Origin: Eledone cirrhosa | Taxonomy: Eukaryota | Direction of reading: 5' to 3' | Assembly (NCBI GenBank): GCA_964016885.1 | Contig: OZ024741.1 | Coordinates: 398,412,001 to 398,476,000, forward strand | DNA length: 64,000 nt | Shown: positions 52,130 through 64,000 of the stretch, piece by piece | How positions within the stretch are numbered: the stretch's first letter is position 1 | How the letters are laid out: each line of letters opens with the position of its first letter | The notes under the pieces: generated by a model | The model's database searches: none | Told to the model about the DNA's origin: nothing | What the model saw: only the letters and a program-made list of their open reading frames with translations | Program-made: the position numbers and the translations under genes

Positions 52130-52350
52130 CTCTTTAGCATTTAGATTACTCTATATATATTATGGTATTTTTGTGGTAATGACTTTATCGTAAATAATTA
52201 TCTCACATAATATCGAATCTACGAGATTTTGATGTTATATGTTTTGAAAACAATACCTTAATGTCAATATGAATGGTCAGTTACAGCCAGTTTGAACAGA
52301 AAATGGTAAGAGAATTCTGGCCGGATATAGCCGGTGTAAATGCTAAAGGG
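52130..52350 (-). mobile_element. piggyBac-type MITE, reverse orientation
   Basis: TTAA TSDs; internal sequence is the reverse complement of the other copies. Confidence 0.85.
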
Positions 52351-52789
52351 TTAAAGAGTGTTCAAATACTGAGAAGCAAACAAGGGAGAGAACTAACTAC
52401 AGCCTGAGCTGATCCAAGTTTTTTTAAACATTTTTTTGTGAATGCAGTGGGTGTGGACCTTTTGAGAAACAACAGTCTCTTCAGTGAAGTATATCCACTT
52501 AGCAAATTGACTTCAGTAGAATATGGTCAAATATATATATGAAAAGGAGAAAATATTTTCACCATGAAATTGGAAAGACGGCAGCCTGCTTGAGGTGGGA
52601 GCCCTGTGGAGTAGGGTGGCTGATGCGGTGGGTGTCTTTGGCCATTCTCTGCAGTAACACATTTGCCATTTGGTCCGTGGGATTCAGCTGAAACACCGTT
52701 CAGACTGGAGTGTGTCTGTCCCTTTCCCTTTCTTTTGTTGCTTAATTATTTTTTCTTCTTTTCATTTCCACTTTTTGTTCCCTTTGATA

Positions 52790-52975
52790 ATTGTTTCTAA
52801 TTTTGGCACAAGGCCAGCAATTATCCCAGTAAATTACTGGTACTTTATTTTATCGACCCCGTAAGGATGAAAGGCAAAGTTAACCTGAACGGGATTTGAA
52901 CTCAGACCGTAAAGGGACGTAACTATGCTGGAAAGCATGGCGTCCAACCCTCTACCGATACTGCCAATTCACCGC
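52790..52975 (-). mobile_element. SINE family B
   Basis: Similar to 38111-38258. Confidence 0.75.
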
Positions 52976-53189
52976 CTTTTTGTTCCCGTTAATAATGTTT
53001 TGTTTTTGGTTTTTGGTATGCCAAGAAAATAAAAGTAGATAGTATGTACAGATTTATGTGTATTAACAAAGGGGAGAGATGACCCACACCTGTAGAGAGT
53101 GTTGATGTGGACATGCAGTGCATGTAAATAATGATTGTTGGACGAAGAAATGGTAGGACCTTCAATAATAGGAAGGAAGTTGGTGAAGA

Positions 53190-56100
53190 GGTTGACCAAG
53201 GAAGACATGAGTAGTAATGGTGGAAGTTGACCTCAAAGAAGACATGGGCAGTAGTGGTGGAAGTTGACCTCAAGGAAGACATGGACAGTAGTGGTGGAAG
53301 TTGACCTCAAGGAATACATGGGTAGTAGTGGTGGAAGTTGACCTCAAGGAAGACATGGGCAGTAGTGGTGGAAGGTCACCTCAAGGAAGACATGGGCAGT
53401 AGTGGTGGAAGTTGACCTCAAAGAAGACATGGGCAGTAGTGGTGGAAGGTCACCTCAAGGAAGACATGGGCAGTAGTGGTGGAAGTTGACCTCAAGGAAG
53501 ACATGGGCAGAAGTGGTGGAAGGTCACCTCAAGGAAGACATGGGCAGTAGTGGTGGAAGTTGACCTCAAGGAAGACATGGGCAGTAGTGGTGGAAGTTGA
53601 CCTCAAGGAAGACATGGGCAGTAGTGGTGGAAGGTCACCTCAAGGAAGACATGGGCAGTAATGGTGGAAGTTGACCTCAAAGAAGACATGGGCAGTAGTG
53701 GTGGAAGGTCACCTCAAGGAAGACATGGGCAGTAGTGGTGGAAGTTGACCTCAAGGAAGACATGGGCAGTAGTGGTGGAAGGTCACCTCAAGGAAGACAT
53801 GGGCAGTAATGGTGGAAGTTGACCTCAAAGAAGACATGGGCAGTAGTGGTGGAAGTTGACCTCAAGGAAGACATGGGCAGTAGTGGTGGAAGTTGACCAA
53901 GGAAGACATGGGTAGTAGTGGTGGAAGTTGACCTCAAGGAAGACATGAGTAGTAATGGTGGAAGTTGACCTCAAAGAAGACATGGGCAGTAGTGGTGGAA
54001 ATTGACCTCAAGGAAGACATGGGTAGTAGTGGTGGAAGTTGACCTCAAGGAAGACATGGGCAGTAGTGGTGGAAGTTGACCTCAAGGTAGACATGGGCAG
54101 TAGTGGTGGAAGTTAACCTCAAGGAAGACATGGGTAGTAGTGGTGGAAGTTGACCTCAAGGAAGACATGAGTAGTAATGGTGGAAGTTGACCTCAAGGAA
54201 GACATGGGCAGTAGTGGTGGAAGGTCACCTCAAGGAAGACATGGACAGTAGTGGTGGAAGTTGACCTCAAGGAAGACATGGGTAGTAATGGTGGAAGTTG
54301 ACCTCAAGGAAGACATGGGTAGTAATAGTGGAAGTTGACCTCAAGGAAGACATGGGAAGTTGACCTCAAGGAAGACATGGGAAGTTGACCTCAAGGAAGA
54401 CATGGGTAGTAGTGGTGGAAGTTGACCTCAAGGAAGACATGGGAAGTTGACCTCAAGGAATACATGGGCAGTAGTGGTGGAAGTTGACCTCAAGGAAGAC
54501 ATGGGTAGTAGTGGTGGAAGGTCACCTCAAGGAAGACATGGGCAGTAGTGGTGGAAGTTGACCTCAAGGAAGACATGGGTAGTAGTGGTGGAAGGTCACC
54601 TCAAGGAAGACATGGGCAGTAGTGGTGGAAGTTGACCTCAAGGAAAACATGGGCAGTAGTGGTGGAAGTTGACCTCAAGGAAGACATGGGCAATAGTGGT
54701 GGAAGTTGACCTCAAGGAAGACATGGGTAGTAGTGGTGGAAGTTGACCTCAAGGAAGACATGGGCAGTAATGGTGGAAGTTGACCTCAAGGAAGACATGG
54801 GTAGTAGTGGTGGAAGTTGACCTCAAGGAAGACATGGGCAGTAGTGGTGGAAGTTGACCTAAAGGAAGACATGGGCAGTAGTGGTGGAAGTTGACCTCAA
54901 AGAAGACATGGGCAGTAGTGGTGGAAGTTGACCTCAAGGAAGACATGGGCAATAGTGGTGGAAGTTGACCTCAAGGAAGACATGGGTAGTAATGGTGGAA
55001 GTTGACCTCAAGGAAGACATGGACAGTAGTGGTGGAAGTTGACCTCAAGGAAGACATGGGCTGTAGTGGTGGAAGTTGACCTCAAGGAAGACATGGGTAG
55101 TAGTGGTGGAAGGTCACCTCAAGGAAGACATAGACAGTAGTGGTGGAAGTTGACCTCAAAGAAGACATGGGCAATAGTGGTGGAGGTTGACCTCAAGGAA
55201 GACATGGGCAGTAGTGGTGGAAGTTGACCTCAAGGAAGACATGGGCAATAGTGGTGGAGGTTGACCTCAAGGAAGACATGGGCAGTAGTGGTGGAAGGTG
55301 ACCTCAAGGAAGACATGGGCAGTAGTGGTGGAGGTTGACCTCAATGAAGACATGGGTAGTAGTGGTGGAAGTTGACCTAAAGGAAGACATGGGTAGTAAT
55401 GGTGGAAGTTGACCTCAAGGAAGACATGGACAGTAGTGGTGGAAGTTGACCTCAAGGAAGACATGGGCAATAGTGGTGGAAGTTGACCTCAAGGAAGACA
55501 TGGGCAGTAGTGGTGGAAGTTGACCTCAAGGAAGACATGGGCTGTAGTGGTGGAAGTTGACCTCAAGGAAGACATGGGCAGTAGTGGTGGAAGTTGACCT
55601 CAAGGAAGACATGGGCAGTAGTGGTGGAAGGTCACCTCAAGGAAGACATGGGCAATAGTGGTGGAAGTTGACCTCAAGGAAGACATGGGCAGTAGTGGTG
55701 GAAGTTGACCTCAAGGAAGACATGGGCAGTAGTGGTGGGAGTTGACCTCAAAGAAGACATGGGCAATAGTGGTGGAGGTTGACCTCAAGGAAGACATGGG
55801 CAGTAGTGGTGGAAGTTGACCTCAAGGAAGACATGGGCAGTAGTGGTGGAAGTTGACCTCAAAGAAGACATGGGCAATAGTGGTGGAAGTTGACCTCAAG
55901 GAAGACATGGGCAGTAGTGGTGGAAGGTCACCTCAAGGAAGACATGGGCAATAGTGGTGGAAGTTGACCTCAAGGAAGACATGGGTAGTAATGGTGGAAG
56001 TTGACCTCAAGGAAGACATGGACAGTAGTGGTGGAAGTTGACCTCAAGGAAGACATGGACAGTAGTGGTGGAAGTTGACCTCAAGGAAGACATGGGCAAT

Positions 56101-59100
56101 AGTGGTGGAAGTTGACCTCAAGGAAGACATGGGCAGTAGTGGTGGAAGGTCACCTCAATGAAGACATGGGCAATAGTGGTGGAAGTTGACCTCAAGGAAG
56201 ACATGGGCAGTAGTGGTGGAAGTTGACCTCATGGAAGACATGGGCAATAGTGGTGGAAGTTGACCTCAAGGAAGACATGGGTAGTAGTGGTGGAAGGTCA
56301 CCTCAAGGAAGACATGGGCAATAGTGGTGGAAGGTCACCTCAAGGAAGACATGGGCAGTAGTGGTGGAAGTTGACCTCAAAGAAGACATGGGCAATAGTG
56401 GTGGAAGTTGACCTCAAGGAAGACATGGGCAATAGTGGTGGAAGGTCACCTCAAGGAAGACATGGGCAATAGTGGTGGAAGTTGACCTCAAGGAAGACAT
56501 GGGCAGTAGTGGTGGAAGTTGACCTCAAGGAAGACATGGGCAATAGTGGTGGAAGTTGACCTCAAGGAAGACATGGGCAATAGTGGTGGAAGGTCACCTC
56601 AAGGAAGACATGGGCAATAGTGGTGGAAGTTGACCTCAAGGAAGACATGGGCAGTAGTGGTGGAAGTTGACCTCAAAGAAGACATGGGCAATAGTGGTGG
56701 AGGTTGACCTCAAGGAAGACATGGGCAGTAATGGTGGAAGTTGACCTCAAGGAAGACATGGGAAGTTGACCTCAAGGAATACATGGGCAGTAGTGGTGGA
56801 AGTTGACCTCAAGGAAGACATGGGTAGTAGTGGTGGAAGGTCACCTCAAGGAAGACATGGGCAGTAGTGGTGGAAGTTGACCTCAAGGAAGACATGGGTA
56901 GTAGTGGTGGAAGGTCACCTCAAGGAAGACATGGGCAGTAGTGGTGGAAGTTGACCTCAAGGAAGACATGGGCAGTAGTGGTGGAAGTTGACCTCAAGGA
57001 AGACATGGGCAATAGTGGTGGAAGTTGACCTCAAGGAAGACATGGGTAGTAGTGGTGGAAGTTGACCTCAAGGAAGACATGGGCAGTAATGGTGGAAGTT
57101 GACCTCAAGGAAGACATGGGTAGTAGTGGTGGAAGTTGACCTCAAGGAAGACATGGGCAGTAGTGGTGGAAGTTGACCTAAAGGAAGACATGGGCAGTAG
57201 TGGTGGAAGGTCACCTCAAGGAAGACATGGGCAGTAGTGGTGGAAGTTGACCTCAAGGAAGACATGGGCAGTAGTGGTGGAGGTTGGCCTCAAGGAAGAC
57301 ATGGGCAATAGTGGTGGAAGTTGACCTCAAGGAAGACATGGGCAGTAGTGGTGGAAGTTGACCTCAAGGAAGACATGGGTAGTAGTGGTGGAAGTTGACC
57401 TCAAGGAAGACATGGGCAATAGTGGTGGAAGTTGACCTCAAAGAAGACATGGGCAGTAGTGGTGGAAGTTGACCTCAAGGAAGACATGGGCAATAGTGGT
57501 GGAAGTTGACCTCAAAGAAGACATGGGCAGTAGTGGTGGAAGTTGACCTCAAGGAAGACATGGGCAATAGTGGTGGAAGTTGACCTCAAGGAAGACATGG
57601 GTAGTAATGGTGGAAGTTGACCTCAAGGAAGACATGGGCAATAGTGGTGGAAGGTCACCTCAAGGAAGACATGGGTAGTAGTGGTGGAAGGTCACCTCAA
57701 GGAAGACATGGGTAGTAGTGGTGGAAGTTGACCTCAAGGAAGACATGGGTAGTAGTGGTGGAAGTTGACCTCAAGGAAGACATGGGTAGTAGTGGTGGAA
57801 GTTGACCTCAAGGAAGACATGGGCAATAGTGGTGGAAGTTGACCTCAAAGAAGACATGGGCAGTAGTGGTGGAAGTTGACCTCAAGGAAGACATGGGCAA
57901 TAGTGGTGGAAGTTGACCTCAAAGAAGACATGGGCAGTAGTGGTGGAAGTTGACCTCAAGGAAGACATGGGCAATAGTGGTGGAAGTTGACCTCAAGGAA
58001 GACATGGGCTGTAGTGGTGGAAGTTGACCTCAAGGAAGACATGGGTAGTAGTGGTGGAAGGTCACCTCAAGGAAGACATGGACAGTAGTGGTGGAAGTTG
58101 ACCTCAAGGAAGACATGGGCAGTAGTGGTGGAAGTTGACCTCAAAGAAGACATGGGCAGTAGTGGTGGAAGTTGACCTCAAAGAAGACATGGGCAATAGT
58201 GGTGGAGGTTGGCCTCAAGGAAGACATGGGCAGTAGTGGTGGAAGTTGACCTCAAGGAAGACATGGGCAGTAGTGGTGGAAGTTGACCTCAAAGAAGACA
58301 TGGGCAATAGTGGTGGAGGTTGAACTCAAGGAAGACATGGGCAGTAGTGGTGGAGGTTGACCTCAAGGAAGACATGGGTAGTAGTGGTGGAAGTTGACCT
58401 AAAGGAAGACATGGGTAGTAATGGTGGAAGTTGACCTCAAGGAAGACATGGACAGTAGTGGTGGAAGTTGACCTCAAGGAAGACATGGACAGTAGTGGTG
58501 GAAGTTGACCTCAAGGAAGACATGGGCAGTAGTGGTGGAAGTTGACCTCAAGGAAGACATGGGCAGTAGTGGTGGAAGTTGACCTCAAGGAAGACATGGG
58601 TAGTAGTGGTGGAAGTTGACCTCAAGGAAGACATGGGCAGTAGTGGTGGAAGGTCACCTCAAGGAAGACATGGGCAGTAGTGGTGGAAGTTGACCTCAAG
58701 GAAGACATGGGCAGTAGTGGTGGAAGTTGACCTCAAGGAAGACATGGGCAGTAGTGGTGGAAGGTCACCTCAAGGAAGACATGGGCAGTAGTGGTGGAAG
58801 TTGACCTCAAGGAAGACATGGGCAGTAGTGGTGGAAGTTGACCTCAAGGAAGACATGGGCAATAGTGGTGGAAGTTGACCTCAAGGAAGACATGGGTAGT
58901 AGTGGTGGAAGGTCACCTCAAGGAAGACATGGGCAATAGTGGTGGAAGTTGACCTCAAGGAAGACATGGGCAGTAATGGTGGAAGTTGACCTCAAGGAAG
59001 ACATGGGCAATAGTGGTGGAAGTTGACCTCAAGGAAGACATGGGTAGTAGTGGTGGAAGGTCACCTCAAGGAAGACATGGGCAGTAGTGGTGGAAGTTGA

Positions 59101-62100
59101 CCTCAAGGAAGACATGGGCAGTAGTGGTGGAAGTTGACCTCAAGGAAGACATGGGCAATAGTGGTGGAAGTTGACCTCAAGGAAGACATGGGTAGTAGTG
59201 GTGGAAGGTCACCTCAAGGAAGACATGGGCAATAGTGGTGGAAGTTGACCTCAAGGAAGACATGGGCAGTAGTGGTGGAAGGTCACCTCAAGGAAGACAT
59301 GGGCAATAGTGGTGGAAGTTGACCTCAAGGAAGACATGGGCAGTAGTGGTGGAAGTTGACCTCAAGGAAGACATGGGTAGTAGTGGTGGAAGGTCACCTC
59401 AAGGAAGACATGGGCAGTAGTGGTGGAAGTTGACCTCAAGGAAGACATGGGCAATAGTGGTGGAAGTTGACCTCAAGGAAGACATGGGTAGTAGTGGTGG
59501 AAGGTCACCTCAAGGAAGACATGGGCAATAGTGGTGGAAGTTGACCTCAAGGAAGACATGGGCAATAGTGGTGGAAGTTGACCTCAAGGAAGACATGGGC
59601 AATAGTGGTGGAAGTTGACCTCAAGGAAGACATGGGCAGTAGTGGTGGAAGTTGACCTCAAAGAAGACATGGGCAATAGGGGTGGAAGTTGACCTCAAAG
59701 AAGACATGGGCAGTAGTGGTGGAAGGTCACCTCAAGGAAGACATGGGCAATAGTGGTGGAAGTTGTCCTCAAGGAAGACATGGGTAGTAATGGTGGAAGT
59801 TGACCTCAAGGAAGACATGGGCAGTAGTGGTGGAAGTTGACCTCAAGGAAGACATGGGTAGTAGTGGTGGAAGGTCACCCCAAGGAAGACATGGGTAGTA
59901 GTGGTGGAAGGTCACCCCAAGGAAGACATGGGCAGTAGTGGTGGAAGTTGACCTCAAGGAAGACATGGGCAGTAGTGGTGGAAGTTGACCTCAAGGAAGA
60001 CATGGGCAGTAGTGGTGGAAGTTGACCTCAAGGAAGACATGGGCAGTAGTGGTGGAAGTTGACCTCAAGGAAGACATGGGTAGTAGTGGTGGAAGGTCAC
60101 CCCAAGGAAGACATGGGTAGTAGTGGTGGAAGGTCACCTCAAGGAAGACATGGGCAGTAGTGGTGGAAGTTGACCTCAAAGAAGACATGGGCAATAGTGG
60201 TGGAAGTTGACCTCAAGGAAGACATGGGTAGTAGTGGTGGAAGTTGACCTCAAGGAAGACATGGGCAGTAGTGGTGGAAGTTGACCGCAAGGAAGACATG
60301 GGTAGTAGTGGTGGAAGTTGACCTCAAAGAAGACATGGGCAGTAGTGGTGGAAGTTGACCTCAAGGAAGACATGGGCAGTAGTGGTGGAAGTTGACCTCA
60401 AAGAAGACATGGGTAGTAGTGGTGGAAGTTGACCTCAAGGAAGACATGGGCAGTAGTGGTGGAAGTTGACCTCAAAGAAGACATGGGCAATAGTGGTGGA
60501 AGTTGACCTCAAGGAAGACATGGGTAGTAGTGGTGGAAGTTGACCTCAAAGAAGACATGGGCAATAGTGGTGGAAGTTGACCTCAAGGAAGACATGGGCA
60601 GTAGTGGTGGAAGTTGACCTCAAAGAAGACATGGGCAATAGTGGTGGAAGTTGACCTCAAGGAAGACATGGGTAGTAGTGGCGGAAGTTGACCTCAAAGA
60701 AGACATGGGCAATAGTGGTGGAAGTTGACCTCAAGGAAGACATGGGCAGTAGTGGTGGAAGTTGACCTCAAAGAAGACATGGGCAATAGTGGTGGAAGTT
60801 GACCTCAAGGAAGACATGGGCAGTAGTGGTGGAAGTTGACCTCAAGGAAGACATGGGTAGTAATGGTGGAAGTTGACCTCAAGGAAGACATGGGTAGTAG
60901 TGGTGGAAGTTGACCTCAAAGAAGACATGGGCAATAGTGGTGGAAGTTGACCTCAAGGAAGACATGGGCAGTAGTGGTGGAAGTTGACCTCAAGGAAGAC
61001 ATGGGTAGTAATGGTGGAAGTTGACCTCAAGGAAGGCATGGACAGTAGTGGTGGAAGTTGACCTCAAGGAAGACATGGGTAGTAATGGTGGAAGTTGACC
61101 TCAAGGAAGACATGGGTAGTAGTGGTGGAAGTTGACCTCAAAGAAGACATGGGCAATAGTGGTGGAAGTTGACCTCAAGGAAGACATGGGTAGTAGTGGT
61201 GGAAGGTCACCTCAAGGAAGACATGGGTAGTAATGGTGGAAGTTGACCTCAAGGAAGGCATGGACAGTAGTGGTGGAAGTTGACCTCAAGGAAGACATGG
61301 GTAGTAATGGTGGAAGTTGACCTCAAGGAAGACATGGGCAGTAGTGGTGGAAGTTGACCTCAAGGAAGACATGGGCAATAGTGGTGGAAGTTGACCTCAA
61401 GGAAGACATGGGTAGTAGTGGTGGAAGTTGACCTCAAGGAAGACATGGGCAGTAGTGGTGGAAGTTGACCTCAAAGAAGACATGGGTAGTAGTGGTGGAA
61501 GTTGACCTCAAGGAAGACATGGGCAGTAGTGGTGGAAGTTGACCTCAAGGAAGACATGGGTAGTAGTGGTGGAAGTTGACCTCAAGGAAGACATGGGTAG
61601 TAATGGTGGAAGTTGACCTCAAGGAAGACATGGGTAGTAGTGGTGGAAGTTGACCTCAAGGAAGACATGGGTAGTAGTGGTGGAAGATGACCTCAAGGAA
61701 GACATGGGTAGTAGTGGTGGAAGATGACCTCAAGGAAGACATGGGCAGTAGTGGTGGAAGTTGACCTCAAAGAAGACATGGGCAATAGTGGTGGAAGTTG
61801 ACCTCAAGGAAGACATGGGCAGTAGTGGTGGAAGTTGACCTCAAAGAAGACATGGGCAGTAGTGGTGGAAGGTCACCTCAAGGAAGACATGGGTAGTAGT
61901 GGTGGAAGATGACCTCAAGGAAGACATGGGCAGTAGTGGTGGAAGTTGACCTCAAGGAAGACATGGGCAGTAGTGGTGGAGGTTGACCTCAAGGAAGACA
62001 TGGGCAGTAGTGGTGGAAGTTGACCTCAAGGAAGACATGGGCAGTAGTGGTGGAAGTTGACCTCAAGGAAGACATGGGCAGTAGTGGTGGAAGTTGACCT

Positions 62101-64000
62101 CAAGGAAGACATGGGCAGTAGTGGTGGAAGGTCACCTCAAGGAAGACATGGGTAGTAGTGGTGGAAGTTGACCTCAAGGAAGACATGGGCAGTAGTGGTG
62201 GAAGTTGACCTCAAGGAAGACATGGGTAGTAGTGGTGGAAGTTGACCTCAAGGAAGACATGGGCAGTAGTGGTGGAAGTTGACCTCAAGGAAGACATGGG
62301 CAGTAGTGGTGGAAGTTGACCTCAAGGAAGACATGGGTAGTAGTGGTGGAAGTTGACCTCAAGGAAGACATGGGCAGTAGTGGTGGAAGTTGACCTCAAG
62401 GAAGACATGGGTAGTAGTGGTGGAAGTTGACCTCAAGGAAGACATGGGCAGTAGTGGTGGAAGTTGACCTCAAGGAAGACATGGGCAGTAGTGGTGGAAG
62501 TTGACCTCAAAGAAGACATGGCAATAGTGGTGGAAGTTGACCTCAAGGAAGACATGGGCAGTAGTGGTGGAAGGTCACCTCAAGGAAGACATGGGCAATA
62601 GTGGTGGAAGTTGACCTCAAAGAAGACATGGGCAGTAGTGGTGGAAGTTGACCTCAAGGAAGACATGGGCAGTAGTGGTGGAAGTTGACCTCATGGAAGA
62701 CATGGGCAATAGTGGTGGAAGTTGACCTCAAGGAAGACATGGGTAGTAGTGGTGGAAGGTCACCTCAAGGAAGACATGGGCAATAGTGGTGGAAGGTCAC
62801 CTCAAGGAAGACATGGGCAGTAGTGGTGGAAGTTGACCTCAAAGAAGACATGGGCAATAGTGGTGGAAGTTGACCTCAAGGAAGACATGGGCAATAGTGG
62901 TGGAAGGTCACCTCAAGGAAGACATGGGCAATAGTGGTGGAAGTTGACCTCAAGGAAGACATGGGCAGTAGTGGTGGAAGTTGACCTCAAGGAAGACATG
63001 GGCAATAGTGGTGGAAGTTGACCTCAAGGAAGACATGGGCAATAGTGGTGGAAGGTCACCTCAAGGAAGACATGGGCAATAGTGGTGGAAGTTGACCTCA
63101 AGGAAGACATGGGCAGTAGTGGTGGAAGTTGACCTCAAAGAAGACATGGGCAATAGTGGTGGAGGTTGACCTCAAGGAAGACATGGGCAGTAATGGTGGA
63201 AGTTGACCTCAAGGAAGACATGGGAAGTTGACCTCAAGGAATACATGGGCAGTAGTGGTGGAAGTTGACCTCAAGGAAGACATGGGTAGTAGTGGTGGAA
63301 GGTCACCTCAAGGAAGACATGGGCAGTAGTGGTGGAAGTTGACCTCAAGGAAGACATGGGTAGTAGTGGTGGAAGGTCACCTCAAGGAAGACATGGGCAG
63401 TAGTGGTGGAAGTTGACCTCAAGGAAGACATGGGCAGTAGTGGTGGAAGTTGACCTCAAGGAAGACATGGGCAATAGTGGTGGAAGTTGACCTCAAGGAA
63501 GACATGGGTAGTAGTGGTGGAAGTTGACCTCAAGGAAGACATGGGCAGTAATGGTGGAAGTTGACCTCAAGGAAGACATGGGTAGTAGTGGTGGAAGTTG
63601 ACCTCAAGGAAGACATGGGCAGTAGTGGTGGAAGTTGACCTAAAGGAAGACATGGGCAGTAGTGGTGGAAGGTCACCTCAAGGAAGACATGGGCAGTAGT
63701 GGTGGAAGTTGACCTCAAGGAAGACATGGGCAGTAGTGGTGGAGGTTGGCCTCAAGGAAGACATGGGCAATAGTGGTGGAAGTTGACCTCAAGGAAGACA
63801 TGGGCAGTAGTGGTGGAAGTTGACCTCAAGGAAGACATGGGTAGTAGTGGTGGAAGTTGACCTCAAGGAAGACATGGGCAATAGTGGTGGAAGTTGACCT
63901 CAAAGAAGACATGGGCAGTAGTGGTGGAAGTTGACCTCAAGGAAGACATGGGCAATAGTGGTGGAAGTTGACCTCAAAGAAGACATGGGCAGTAGTGGTG
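53190..64000. repeat. 37-bp purine-rich minisatellite GACCTCAAGGAAGACATGGGCAGTAGTGGTGGAAGTT (~290 units, runs off the window)
   Basis: Continuous 37-bp period with a few recurrent variants and occasional 25-bp deletion units. Confidence 0.98.

Noticed and set aside
53190-64000. CRISPR array or repetitive protein (37-bp period, MSSLRST.. ORFs)
   Set aside because: Units are contiguous with no spacers, and the period is not divisible by 3, so stops recur.

Overview
Eukaryotic, AT-rich and repeat-saturated window. The SINE and RTE tail motifs suggest an octopus/coleoid genome (inference from recognition, not a search). No intact protein-coding gene is visible, but two phase-compatible + strand exons (21841-21906, 35607-35807) suggest much of the window is intronic. 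Contents: a broken Tigger/pogo DNA transposon, a ~17-kb CTAGTGTCTTTTATAA(TA)n satellite, 28-bp and 37-bp minisatellites, a near full-length but inactivated Naiad-type Penelope-like element (PLE; RT + GIY-YIG, ~935-bp pseudo-LTRs), RTE LINE fragments with a PHD-like finger inside the RT, tRNA-derived SINEs, piggyBac- and hAT-type MITEs and three non-autonomous Helitrons. The most notable signal is a set of hammerhead-ribozyme (HHR) motifs, all folded by eye. A non-coding 310-bp unit is repeated four times in tandem plus one inverted copy (5441-7042), and each copy carries a minimal type I HHR in a long hairpin, as in non-LTR retrozymes. The tandem/inverted junction falls at the predicted self-cleavage site. 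The PLE pseudo-LTRs carry a variant HHR (CAGAAGA core, U.U at the base of stem II), and several short foldback elements carry further HHR-like cores.
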